IMG/VR virus record: IMGVR_UViG_2939127364_000001
Origin: a virus
Taxonomy: Duplodnaviria; Heunggongvirae; Uroviricota; Caudoviricetes
Direction: 5' to 3' (one strand)
Length of the DNA: 64,000 nt
Of the stretch, positions 8,823 to 18,901 are shown piece by piece. The first letter of the stretch is position 1, and the number at the start of each line of letters is the position of its first letter. The notes under the pieces were generated by a model. It was given only the letters and a program-made list of their open reading frames with translations, had not been told where the DNA came from and made no database searches. The translations under genes were made by a program, and so were the position numbers.

Positions 8823-11800
8823 TTACATTTTTGCCTTCAGTTCGCGCACTTCCTCGCGCAGCTCTTTGACAGCCTCGACCAACATGCCGATAACGCCGTT
8901 GTAGTTAAGACGCAGACGAGGCTCTCCTGACTGATCGTTATGGTCAACCGTTACCAGTTCAGGCTGAACATTCTGGACGTCCTGAGCGATGAGGCCGCCA
9001 GACTGCTCATAACGGCCACAGACCTGAATCTCGTAGAGAACACCTTCGATCTGCTCCAGCTTGTCGAGCGCCCGCTCAATTTTGCGAATATTGCGCTTAC
9101 TACGGCGGTCGGAACGGATGTAAACGTCGTTAAAGCTACCATTCCCACCACAAACCCAAGTGCCGTCATTTTGCAAATAAGCATTAGCATCAGTGCCATT
9201 ATCAGTACGTGAGTTGTTTATCATGTAAAAGCCGAATTGGCTGTTACCTAAACCACCAACAAAAAATTTCCTATCAGCATGGTCTTGTCTTAACAATGCC
9301 TGAGCAGAACTAGTTGATACCTGATTAAGACCAAAAATAACGTTTTGATCTCGCATGCTAATCCAAGAACCTGAGTTGCTGTTAATAGAAAACCTGTTTG
9401 CATATACCCAGGAATTGGTTTTTATATCTCCAGTAACGTTGACAGGCTTATTGCTTTGAACACTCCCACTCGTAAAGCGTAAAACTTGGGTGTTATTGGC
9501 GTAAACATCAAGAATGCCATCTCCATTTTGTTTTAATCCGGTATCGCTATCACCCAGAACAATTGAGTTCCCACCAAGACCATTGACCACACCCAGCCCA
9601 AGACCACCGTCAACAACAGCACCATTGCCCATTGCTACTCTGCCATTAGTGAGATTTACATAAAATGGACGAAGCGAACCTATATCACCATTTTCTCCCT
9701 GGTCTTTTGCTGTCGGGATAAGGTAAAAATTATTTTCGGAACGGCGAAAAATCATCCCGTATGCCGCATCGTAAATGCGCAACCCATCCGTAGAGCGGAT
9801 CTTAAGCTGTCCGGACATCGTACCGCCGCTGTTTTTCATAAATAGCGCATCAATCCAGCCTGCAAATCCCGACTTATTAATGTATAAATTTCCATCATTT
9901 GCCAGAATGCCTCCACCTTGCGTCTTGAGGGGCTGACTCACATTTTGCAGCGTCAGCACACCAGTCATTGTTCCGCCAGAAATCGGTAACGCACCGACAT
10001 CAGCCGCTGTGGGTTTATGAGCAGTGGTATAGACCTGCGCCCAACCAGACCAATTCGCTGTCGAAGTATCACGGCGTGAACGAACATAAACCGGTGCATG
10101 AGCACCATTCGTTCCGCTCCAGCCAATAAGCAACTCGCCCTCACCAGCAGCACTCGCACCTTTCATGTGCAATACGTTGCCATACGTGGTCGGGTAGCTA
10201 TTGTTGTACGCCTCATACATTTGAATGCCAGCAGTGCCTTGAGTAGAGCCACTTAACGCCGTTACGGGCCCGCGTGATACCAATGTATTAATGTTGATAT
10301 CGCCTGAGCCATCAAACTTAACACCATTGATGTTTCTAGCAGTTTGCAACTTCGTAGCTGTTGAAGCATTACCGTTCAAGCTACCATTGATGCCGCCAGT
10401 AACATTGAGTCCATTACCAATGGACACAGCACCGCTGGTATTATTAATTGTAATCGGTCGCAAACCGTTCCATGAACCTAATGTGTCTCCTGATGCTGTT
10501 AGCATGAAATATGTGTTCGACCCATCATTACGGATAAAGAACCCAAAGCTACCGTAAGCAATGCGGAAACCATTTGCATATTTTGAAATGATCTCGCCAG
10601 AAGATGTCAAACCTCCAGATAATGTCCCACCGGTAAGAGGTAATGCACCAACGTCAGATGCTGTTGGTTTATTTTTCGTGTTATATACTCTTCGCCATCC
10701 TGGAGAATAATCTGTGCCATTAAATACATAGATAAACTCCGCATTAGTGAGAGCACCAGAGACACTCGTCGTTGTGGCCGTTGTTATACGGATCGTATAA
10801 TTGTTTGAGCTACTACCGTTATTAAATACCTCTATAACAGCTCCTGCCAATGGAATAACGCCACAACCAGTTTCACTATTTGGTATGGTTGCACTATTGG
10901 CATAGGCCCACGCACATCGAGCAATCCATGACCTTGTGGTAAACGCGCCGTTATTTTGCAATAACGTCACTAACTGTGCTGTTGTTATTGCTCCGCCATT
11001 ACTTCCTGTAGTTAACCAACCAGTAGGAGATGCCGGGCAACCTATATCGGCAGGCCCCAACGATATATTTCTTGTGCCATCAAACGCAATACCGTTGATG
11101 GTTCTTGCGGTTTGCAACTTCGTAGCAGTAGCCGCGTTGCCCGTTGTATTCTGATTACCAGTCGTATTAACACCTGGCAAATTAATATTCGCAGTACCAT
11201 CAAAGCTCACGCCGCCGATAGTTCTTGCCGTCTGAAGTTTTGTAGCAGTTGCAGCATTACCAGTGGTGTTCTGATTACCCGTAGTATTTACACCTGGAAG
11301 GTTGATATTTGCAGAACCGTCGAAACCAACTCCACCGATAGATCTTGCCGTCTGCAATTTCGTTGCTGTACTTGCATTACCATTTAATGTTCCGGTGATC
11401 CCACCAGTAACAGACAACGGACCTGAAACTGTTCCTCCGGTTGTTGGCAGTGCTCCAATATCTAACGGCGTCGGTTTCTGATGTGTGCTATACATCGTAT
11501 AAACAACACCATCGGTAACGCTGGAAGGCTTACTCGCTGAATATGTTGGCGATGTATAAATAGAAACTGTCGCATTTGCAGTACAATCCCAATGGATATT
11601 TACACGAGTCGCATAATTGCCAATCTCAACGTAAATATCATATGTATCGCCGGATGTGTTGATCCAGGCGAAATTCGTTAATCCGACAGCTGTACGCTTC
11701 CACAAAGCACCTGTAATCCCTTTGGGGTTTCCATTGCCTGCTCGTAGAACCAGTTCTGAAATACCTGCCTGATGTGGGGAGCCAACGTTAAACCCTGCGC

Positions 11801-13469
11801 CACCAATCAGGCTTATGTAAACCACGGAACTGGCTTGTGGCATGGTTACAGTTGCCAGCTTGAACCATCCGGCACCACCACTAAAAGACATTGTTATTGA
11901 ATTTAAAGTACCAATATCTTTCGGCGTTAATGTGATATCCGCAGTCAGTGCTTTACCGTTAACTTTTCGGTTAGATGGTACCCTGCCATTCGCATTGTCA
12001 TTGGCTGCTTTAACTGCCTTCGGTGTCGCGGCAAGCGTTTCAGATGTGCTGTTGGTTGCACTACTGAGCTGGACTATCCCCTTTTTCGTCGTGCTCGCAT
12101 CCTCAAGCGCCACGGCGGATGCAATATCCTCTGCCCGTTTTGCCGCTGTCTCAGCGCGCGTTGCTGCGGATTCTGCCGTACTTTTGCTCTGTGCTGCCGC
12201 CGTCGCACTGCCAGCAGCCTCTGTTGCCTTCGTGGATGCCGTCGTGGCGCTGCCCTTCGCTGCTGACGCCTGTCTGGTCGCCTCATCTTTTGAAGCAGAC
12301 GCAGATGATGCCGATGACGCTGCCGAACTGGCGGACGATGCCGCTGCCGTTTTTGAGGATTCTGCACGGGTTTCCGACGCTTTCGCGTTCGTTTCGGATG
12401 TCTTCGCTGCGGAAGCTGACCTCGCTGCTGCGCTGGCCTGTTCAGTGGCTTGGCCAGCCTTCGTTGTGGCTGTTGAAGCAGACGATGCGGCACTTTCTGC
12501 CGATTTTCCGGCGGCGGTGGCACTGGCTGAGGCCTGCCCGGCACTTGTTGACGCGGCACTGGCAGACGACGCAGCCGCTGTTTTTGAGCCTGCCGCAGCC
12601 GAGGCGCTCTGTCCCGCTGCCGTTTCAGAAGACCTGGCGTTCGTCTCGGACGTTTTTGCCGCCTTCGCGGAATTTCCTGCCGCCGTTGCCGAGGAAGCGG
12701 CATTACTGGCGCTCGAGGCTGCGCTCGTTTCTGATGATTTCGCTGCCTCTTTTGAGGCCGCCGCATCCCGGGCTGAGGTGGCAGCTTCTGACGCCTTCGT
12801 GGTCGCGGTGGATGCAGAAGTGGCTGCAGATTTTTGTGACGCTGCAGCATTCGTTTCAGATTTTTTCGCAGCAGTTGCACTCGCACTTGCGGCACTTTGT
12901 GAGGATGCCGCAGCGGATGCACTTTGAGACGCTTGAGAGGCTTTTTCTCCAGCAGTATTGGCGCTTTCTGCTGCTGCGGCAGCACTGGCCGCCGCCTCAC
13001 GAGCTTTGTCGCCAGCAGCATCAATCGCGTCAGTGTTATTTTTATACCACTCAACGTTTTCGTTGTGCTCGTTGACGATCTGCATTAGCGGCTTAACGGT
13101 CACTTCTGTACCGTCTTCACGCTCGATTGTCACCTCATCCAGCGCAGTCAACCAACTGCGTATGGACTTGGAATCAGCCGACATACGCGACATTAGCGCA
13201 GTAAAGCGCGCGCTAAACTGTGTTAAGTCGCCTTCATAGGTCGTAATGATTCGGCACGGAACCTCAGACTGAGTTTCGCCGGTATAAGGTTCTGAGAGAA
13301 CAATATTCGTATCGCTTATTACGCGCTTGATCTCGTACAGCTTATTGTCGGGGCCAATGACGATCATCCCCGGCAACACACCATTAGCTGTTACGTTCCA
13401 GGCTGTCCCTGCCCCAACCAGAGTATTGCTACCCTGTGTAAATGTGATAGTACCTTCCCTGTACCACAT
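8823..13469 (-). CDS. Long side tail fibre (Stf-like) with Ala/Ser-rich region, repeated fibre motifs and a C-terminal chaperone-like domain
   Basis: 1548 aa; long A/S/T-rich low-complexity segment; NASTATKLQTAR...FDG..NI.L repeated at least 4 times; C-terminal SDRRSKRNIRKIERALDKL resembles self-cleaving intramolecular chaperone domains. Confidence 0.8.
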   Translation of the reverse strand: MWYREGTITFTQGSNTLVGAGTAWNVTANGVLPGMIVIGPDNKLYEIKRVISDTNIVLSEPYTGETQSEVPCRIITTYEGDLTQFSARFTALMSRMSADSKSIRSWLTALDEVTIEREDGTEVTVKPLMQIVNEHNENVEWYKNNTDAIDAAGDKAREAAASAAAAAESANTAGEKASQASQSASAAASSQSAASASATAAKKSETNAAASQKSAATSASTATTKASEAATSARDAAASKEAAKSSETSAASSASNAASSATAAGNSAKAAKTSETNARSSETAAGQSASAAAGSKTAAASSASAASTSAGQASASATAAGKSAESAASSASTATTKAGQATEQASAAARSASAAKTSETNAKASETRAESSKTAAASSASSAASSASSASASKDEATRQASAAKGSATTASTKATEAAGSATAAAQSKSTAESAATRAETAAKRAEDIASAVALEDASTTKKGIVQLSSATNSTSETLAATPKAVKAANDNANGRVPSNRKVNGKALTADITLTPKDIGTLNSITMSFSGGAGWFKLATVTMPQASSVVYISLIGGAGFNVGSPHQAGISELVLRAGNGNPKGITGALWKRTAVGLTNFAWINTSGDTYDIYVEIGNYATRVNIHWDCTANATVSIYTSPTYSASKPSSVTDGVVYTMYSTHQKPTPLDIGALPTTGGTVSGPLSVTGGITGTLNGNASTATKLQTARSIGGVGFDGSANINLPGVNTTGNQNTTGNAATATKLQTARTIGGVSFDGTANINLPGVNTTGNQNTTGNAATATKLQTARTINGIAFDGTRNISLGPADIGCPASPTGWLTTGSNGGAITTAQLVTLLQNNGAFTTRSWIARCAWAYANSATIPNSETGCGVIPLAGAVIEVFNNGSSSNNYTIRITTATTTSVSGALTNAEFIYVFNGTDYSPGWRRVYNTKNKPTASDVGALPLTGGTLSGGLTSSGEIISKYANGFRIAYGSFGFFIRNDGSNTYFMLTASGDTLGSWNGLRPITINNTSGAVSIGNGLNVTGGINGSLNGNASTATKLQTARNINGVKFDGSGDININTLVSRGPVTALSGSTQGTAGIQMYEAYNNSYPTTYGNVLHMKGASAAGEGELLIGWSGTNGAHAPVYVRSRRDTSTANWSGWAQVYTTAHKPTAADVGALPISGGTMTGVLTLQNVSQPLKTQGGGILANDGNLYINKSGFAGWIDALFMKNSGGTMSGQLKIRSTDGLRIYDAAYGMIFRRSENNFYLIPTAKDQGENGDIGSLRPFYVNLTNGRVAMGNGAVVDGGLGLGVVNGLGGNSIVLGDSDTGLKQNGDGILDVYANNTQVLRFTSGSVQSNKPVNVTGDIKTNSWVYANRFSINSNSGSWISMRDQNVIFGLNQVSTSSAQALLRQDHADRKFFVGGLGNSQFGFYMINNSRTDNGTDANAYLQNDGTWVCGGNGSFNDVYIRSDRRSKRNIRKIERALDKLEQIEGVLYEIQVCGRYEQSGGLIAQDVQNVQPELVTVDHNDQSGEPRLRLNYNGVIGMLVEAVKELREEVRELKAKM
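10300..11450. repeat. Intragenic direct repeats (~120 bp units) encoding the tail fibre repeat motif
   Basis: Repeated ...ttgcaacttcgtagc... units near 10321, 11090, 11212 and 11332. Confidence 0.5.
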
Positions 13470-13502
13470 GTTGAATATGCTCCTTGATTTGGCGGGTTAT
13501 CC

Positions 13503-13522
13503 TTGCCCGCCATTAAGTAAAT
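13503..13522. promoter_or_regulatory. Motif B-like site between J and tail fibre genes
   Basis: ttaagtaaatgcttacctat, next to hairpin ggcggg-ttatccttg-cccgcc. Confidence 0.3.
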
Positions 13523-13562
13523 GCTTACCTATTTTTACCGATATAAAAATTTTTTTCCACCA

Positions 13563-16500
13563 TCACAGACGGCCAATTCTTACTCGTAAGACGTTGTTAT
13601 CGTCATAAACGTCAATCCGCTGACCATTTATAACCAATCGCCCATTGCCGCCGCTATTACCGTTGATCTCAAGCGTTCCATTTTTGCCGAACCGCCATCC
13701 AGATCTACCGCTAACAAAATTGGTAGATTGCAGATCGCCTACTTTTGCATTGGTGATTGTGCCATCCTTGATATACGCTCCATTCATATAGGCGATACTG
13801 TTTTCGATAACAAATGGCGTTGTGATCTTCCCGTTAACAGAGTTGACCAAACCAAACCTGTCCGCCTGAACCAAAAACTGAGATAGCCCAGTGGTGTCAA
13901 TACCAAGCGCAATACCGGCAACATACTTCTGACCTCCGCTCGTTGAAGTCTCCATTTTCAACGTCCACGCGGTTGACACTTTTTTGTTGGTATCAGCAAT
14001 AGCTGTTGCCTGCTGTTGAATTGTCGCGGTATTTCCATCCACCTCTGCTTTCAGAGTATCGATTCGCCCACTCAGAGCATTATCTGCCTGCGTTCTCGCT
14101 GTCGTTTCAGTTGTTACCGCCGCGGAAATGTTGGCTGCCGTTTGAGACTCTAAGTTTGTGATTTGAGTCGCCAATGCAGCATCTTGGTCTGTACGCGTTT
14201 TCGTTTCGGTTGCTACAGCCGCTTTAATATCCTCTTTGTATTGAGAGGTCAGCTTGGTGATCTGAGACGACAACGCCGAGTCAGCATCAGTTCGAGCCTG
14301 CGTTTCAACTGCAACGGCCGCACTAATATCTTTCGCTGTCTGTGCTTTTAAATTTGAAACCTCTTTTGTTAAAGCGGTATCACCATCTGCACGAGCCGTT
14401 GTTTCTCTGGCAAGAGACGCCTCGAGATCATTAGCTTTTGCTGTAAGAGACGTAATCTGGGTAGACAATGCACTATCGGCATCAGTCCTTGCTTTTGTCT
14501 CTACAGCAACCGCTGCGGCAATATCAGTTCCGGTTTGTGCTCGCAGGCTGTTAATTTCTCGTGAGAGCGCCTGGTCAGCACTTGCTCTGGCCTCCTGCTC
14601 CTGAGTGATGGCAGCGGATATATCACCGTCAACCTTTGACTGAAGCTGGTTTATTTGTTTGGCTAACGCAGAGTCCCCGCTTGCTCGGGCCTCCTGCTCA
14701 CTACGTATTGCAGCAGAAATATCATCATCAACCTTTGCCTGAAGTTGGGTGATCTGGCTTGCCAGAGCCGAATCTTCCGTTGCTCGGGCTTCTTGCTCTT
14801 CCTTAATAGCTGCGACGATATCGTTGCTTACTTTCGACTCAAGCTGAGTGATCTGTGTCGTCAGAGCTTCATCGGCAGATGTACGAGCCTCCTGCTCTGT
14901 ACTAATCGCCGCGCTGATATCTCCTTCAAACTTAGATTGCAGCTGAGTGACACGCTTTGCCAACGCTTCATCGCCATCGGCACGAGCGGTGGACTCTTCC
15001 AGAATACTGGCCTTAATGTCTTCGCCAATTTCTACGCGAATTTCCTCAACCTTCGTGGCCATTGCAGACATATCATCAGCAAAGGTTTTCTGTGTTGTTG
15101 CGATCTTCGCGTTATTGACCATCTGCTTGTGCTGGTCTTCATCTTGACGAAGAGCCAGGTCAATATTTGTTTTGGCTAACGCCTCAATGTTCGTAGTCAG
15201 TTCTGCACTTGCACGATCGACCTCTGCAACCGTCTTTTTCATTTCTTCAACGGCAGCGGAGCTTTCCTCTACCGTTGACTGCAACACTTCCAGTTGTTTA
15301 GCGTTTGCAGCATCGCCTTCAACACGAGCCTCGCTTTCCTTAGCAATAAGAGCCGCCGCTTCATCTCTTGCAGCCTTTATTGCCTCGACTGTATTAGCGA
15401 GAGCTTTATCGTGTTCAGATACGGTGTTTTCGATTTCAACAATTGCAGCATCAGTAGCATCAATTTTTTCAAACGCTTCATTGACCTTGTCGATCGTTGC
15501 CGAAACCTCACCTTTAAGCTCGGTTTGTGCGTTCTCCAAAGCATCGCTACGCTCGTTGAATTTTATTTCAAAATCCGCGAGGTTATCGCTGAACTGCTTA
15601 TCTAATTCAGCTATATCTTCCTTAACGTCGTTTACCGCCCCCTCCAAAGATTCGACGCTCTGGTTGATATGCTCATTTAACTCGTCAACTGCTTCTTGAG
15701 AGGCTTTGCTGTTGATGTCCTCAAGCAGAGCCTGACCAAGCTCGGAAGATGTAATTTTGCCAGTCAGGAACGACAGTACATCGCGAGTTGTCGCCTCTGT
15801 ACCCAAGTTTGAGTTCGGAGGACTTAACATACCTCGCTTGTTCGATGCTCGAACCCAGTAATACCACGTTTCACTATCCCCAAGACCAGCATGTGTAAAG
15901 GTGGTGCTTGCAGACTCTGCGATCAGTTTCGCCGTATCCAGATTGTTGGTCTGGGATGCGTAAACATTAATGTGATCAAGGTCTACCGAATCTGGATTAA
16001 CCCAATTCAGTATCACATTACGATAGTCTCCAACGGCCGTTAATGACGTTGGTGCATCCGGCGGTGTCATTGTGCCCAGCACCTGATAAACGGTACTGAT
16101 AATTTCTGTTTTTTTACCGTTGAATGAAACCGCATACAGTTGGAAGTCGTAGCGTCCATTCTCCGCGACATTAACAATTTCGTATTGCTCTTCGGTTACA
16201 CGCGCCGATTGCCAGTTCGATATATTGTTTTCATCAGAACGTCGCCAACTGATCCAATACTCTGGAGATTTCCCTTCCCATGTTGCAGTCAGTTTTACTG
16301 ACAGGTTGCCAGGGCTTGAGAGATAAGTCCCTTCGGTGATTTGCAAATTAGACGGCTTGGAGTAAGTCGGGTCCAATACCGTCGTATTCTGCGGGATAAG
16401 CGTTGCACCATTGTCGATCGCCTCATATTTAGACGGATTGTTCTCAACAGCGGTGATGTCAAAGCTACCCGGCGTTTCCCCCTGCGCGATGTTAACGATG

Positions 16501-18296
16501 CGAACGCGCATAGGTTCGAGATCTGGTTCTGTAATTGTCCAGACACCGTTCAAAACAGGCGTTTCCGCTGACGACAGGGCTTTTGAAAACGTAACTTTTG
16601 TTATATTTTCGCCAGTTTCAAGAACATCGCGTTCAACGATTTTGCCTTCCTGATTCAGTATTCGAATAAAGCAGCCGCCTTTGGCTAACGACACAGGCGC
16701 ATCGAGTGTGACGCTGTTTTTGGTAAACGCCACAATTCGACCTGAGTTACGTTTGCCTGCGCGATATTTGTTCTGAATCAGAACGGTTTCACCAGGCATC
16801 AGAAATGACGCGTCTAAGCCAGCAGTAAATGTAATTACATCCGACTCCATTCTGGCGGTATATAAAAGCCACAAACCAACTCGGTGAGCCTGCCCTCGGC
16901 TTGTACAGCCAAATGCTACGACTTCTGTTTTACGCTCACCATAACGGCGCATTGCGTCCTGATCTTCGACGTACTCGATGTTTTGCTTATAACCGTCCTC
17001 CTTGTTGTTGTAGGTTACGAGCGCAACGGATGGGCGATCTTTACGCGCAGAACCTTTATAGGTAAACAATCCATCTTTGACGTTAGAGTTGGTAAACATC
17101 ATTACCGGATCTGATGGGCTATCCTGCATGATGTTGACCATCCCACCAGCCCAAAACACCATGCCGCGGAATGCTCCGGCAATATCCTGAATTAGCCGGT
17201 ATGCGTCCTGTCGACTGGTGATCTGCGTATTGATTGCAAAGCGTTTCTCTTTGCCACCAAAGCCATCATCGACCTCTTCGTCACAATATCGACCAATCTG
17301 GTACAACTGGCCAAGGTCAATCATAGATTCCGACACATACTGACCAAGGCCATATCGAGCATTGGTCAGCAAATCAAAGAGAATCCACGCGGGGTTCGAA
17401 GAAGACAACAGCTTAAAAGTGCCATCCCATACCCCAGCGTAAGTGTTACTGGACTCGTTATAGTTTGAAGGTACTCGAATTTTTAGGCCACGCACCAGAT
17501 AAGAGCGAGATGGCATGGTGCTGCCGAATTGCTCAGAGTTTACCTTCAATCCAACCAAAACAGAGTTTGGATAGTTCATCGGTGTATCGACAATTTCCCC
17601 GATTGAATCCACCCATGTATCGTTATAGAGATACTGGCTACTGTTATCATCGGTAATACGGACCACACGAACCTTGTATGCGCGTCCAGGCTTAGGCAGC
17701 TTCAGCTCGTAGCTACGGTAATAAACGCCGGTCTTCTTTGCTGTTAGCTTAATGCCAACGCTTTTTTCACCTTCCGCGACCACATCTACAAATGTTGAGT
17801 CGCCATTTGCTATCTGGAACTTGTACTCAACAGTCGTACCGTTCGTGTCACCAGTTTTTTTATCTATGCTTCGCAAAGAAGGAAACTTCATGATGACACG
17901 AACCCGATCAGCTTCATCGTTATCGATTGAAACCGTTACATAATGTGTTTTTTTTAACTGGATATTGACGGATTTAGGCGTTTCAACGAAATCAAAGCCA
18001 GACATTGGAGTCTGGTCTTGTGAACCGTCGCGAAAATCCCATGTGATTCCGCTGAAGTTGGAGGAACCGTCTTCATTTACAATCGGCAGATCGTCGATAA
18101 AAATAGATCTTGCGCCATTTACTAAGCCGCCAATTACCCCTTCCCCAAGAAGATCGAGGATAGCGGCCATTGCACGAGAATTTACGGTATCGTCGGCTTC
18201 AACCGGTGTACGGCTGGAGCTTTTGCTGCTTTTTTTACCACCCGCACCGGCAATAAACAGCGGTAGCTTTTTCTTCTTGAACTGTTCCATGTTCAA
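13563..18296 (-). CDS. Tail tip / host-specificity protein (lambda J-like) with a long central coiled-coil repeat region
   Basis: 1577 aa; N-terminus resembles J-family proteins; position immediately after the I-like gene; central ~33-aa repeats. Confidence 0.85.
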   Translation of the reverse strand: MNMEQFKKKKLPLFIAGAGGKKSSKSSSRTPVEADDTVNSRAMAAILDLLGEGVIGGLVNGARSIFIDDLPIVNEDGSSNFSGITWDFRDGSQDQTPMSGFDFVETPKSVNIQLKKTHYVTVSIDNDEADRVRVIMKFPSLRSIDKKTGDTNGTTVEYKFQIANGDSTFVDVVAEGEKSVGIKLTAKKTGVYYRSYELKLPKPGRAYKVRVVRITDDNSSQYLYNDTWVDSIGEIVDTPMNYPNSVLVGLKVNSEQFGSTMPSRSYLVRGLKIRVPSNYNESSNTYAGVWDGTFKLLSSSNPAWILFDLLTNARYGLGQYVSESMIDLGQLYQIGRYCDEEVDDGFGGKEKRFAINTQITSRQDAYRLIQDIAGAFRGMVFWAGGMVNIMQDSPSDPVMMFTNSNVKDGLFTYKGSARKDRPSVALVTYNNKEDGYKQNIEYVEDQDAMRRYGERKTEVVAFGCTSRGQAHRVGLWLLYTARMESDVITFTAGLDASFLMPGETVLIQNKYRAGKRNSGRIVAFTKNSVTLDAPVSLAKGGCFIRILNQEGKIVERDVLETGENITKVTFSKALSSAETPVLNGVWTITEPDLEPMRVRIVNIAQGETPGSFDITAVENNPSKYEAIDNGATLIPQNTTVLDPTYSKPSNLQITEGTYLSSPGNLSVKLTATWEGKSPEYWISWRRSDENNISNWQSARVTEEQYEIVNVAENGRYDFQLYAVSFNGKKTEIISTVYQVLGTMTPPDAPTSLTAVGDYRNVILNWVNPDSVDLDHINVYASQTNNLDTAKLIAESASTTFTHAGLGDSETWYYWVRASNKRGMLSPPNSNLGTEATTRDVLSFLTGKITSSELGQALLEDINSKASQEAVDELNEHINQSVESLEGAVNDVKEDIAELDKQFSDNLADFEIKFNERSDALENAQTELKGEVSATIDKVNEAFEKIDATDAAIVEIENTVSEHDKALANTVEAIKAARDEAAALIAKESEARVEGDAANAKQLEVLQSTVEESSAAVEEMKKTVAEVDRASAELTTNIEALAKTNIDLALRQDEDQHKQMVNNAKIATTQKTFADDMSAMATKVEEIRVEIGEDIKASILEESTARADGDEALAKRVTQLQSKFEGDISAAISTEQEARTSADEALTTQITQLESKVSNDIVAAIKEEQEARATEDSALASQITQLQAKVDDDISAAIRSEQEARASGDSALAKQINQLQSKVDGDISAAITQEQEARASADQALSREINSLRAQTGTDIAAAVAVETKARTDADSALSTQITSLTAKANDLEASLARETTARADGDTALTKEVSNLKAQTAKDISAAVAVETQARTDADSALSSQITKLTSQYKEDIKAAVATETKTRTDQDAALATQITNLESQTAANISAAVTTETTARTQADNALSGRIDTLKAEVDGNTATIQQQATAIADTNKKVSTAWTLKMETSTSGGQKYVAGIALGIDTTGLSQFLVQADRFGLVNSVNGKITTPFVIENSIAYMNGAYIKDGTITNAKVGDLQSTNFVSGRSGWRFGKNGTLEINGNSGGNGRLVINGQRIDVYDDNNVLRVRIGRL
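14000..15010. repeat. Tandem ~99-bp (33-aa) degenerate repeats inside the J-like gene
   Basis: About 10 repeats of ALxxQITxLxxKVxxDIxAAIxxEQEARxxxD in protein; visible DNA periodicity. Confidence 0.6.
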
Positions 18297-18307
18297 AAAA
18301 TCCTTGT

Positions 18308-18901
18308 TTACATTAGCTGGTCAATCGTGATTGAAGAACTCACAACCTGTGAGCCAACCAGAATTTCCTCGCCATAGATAAGTTGTACTGGGTTGCCCTG
18401 GTTTTCTGTATTTTGAGGGCCGTCGAAATAATAAGAGTTCGAGTTATCTGCCTGTCTCACACTTTCGTTAGTGGCTTGCGGCGATATGATTTGTGATATG
18501 CCGCCCATCATCAGTGACAAACCGAGAGGTGCTAAAGCAGGCATCACTACCGCCGATACAACCAACAAAGCGGCCCCTACTACCGTCTGAAACCACCCAA
18601 AAGCAGATCCACCGCTTCCTCGCGGAACAGGTGTAATGCGGATTTTGGCAATGTTGTCAGACTGCCCCATCATCTGATATTCACTTTCGTCAACAGACCA
18701 CTTGTGGCCCTGTTTATTGGTGATCTGGATGTGGTAACGGTCATAGGTTTTGATATTGCGCTTCATCCATGCTTTAAACCCAGGCTTGTTGGCCTCAATT
18801 AAATCCAGAGCCTGTTTTGTATTGCGCACCTTTAGATGCCAGTGGCGGCCAAAATGTTTGGCCATAGGGCCGCCAAGCTGCACATGAACTAACTCAGACA
18901 C
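18308..18901 (-). CDS. Tail assembly protein (lambda I-like)
   Basis: 197 aa with hydrophobic C-terminal region; conserved I-K-L-M order. Confidence 0.7.
   Translation of the reverse strand: MSELVHVQLGGPMAKHFGRHWHLKVRNTKQALDLIEANKPGFKAWMKRNIKTYDRYHIQITNKQGHKWSVDESEYQMMGQSDNIAKIRITPVPRGSGGSAFGWFQTVVGAALLVVSAVVMPALAPLGLSLMMGGISQIISPQATNESVRQADNSNSYYFDGPQNTENQGNPVQLIYGEEILVGSQVVSSSITIDQLM

Noticed and set aside
11842-13075. Long ORFs in other frames and on the + strand (361 aa +, 318 aa +, 326 aa -) overlapping the tail fibre gene
   Set aside because: They fall in the GC-rich Ala/Ser-encoding low-complexity region, have extreme composition (poly-Ala or Arg/Pro/Gln-rich), and only the 8823..13469 frame carries fibre motifs and continues into a plausible full-length protein.
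14163-15699. + strand ORFs of 62-175 aa antisense to the J-like gene
   Set aside because: Ser/Ala/Cys-rich antisense artefacts of the coiled-coil repeat region; no start-codon context and fully contained within a strongly supported gene.
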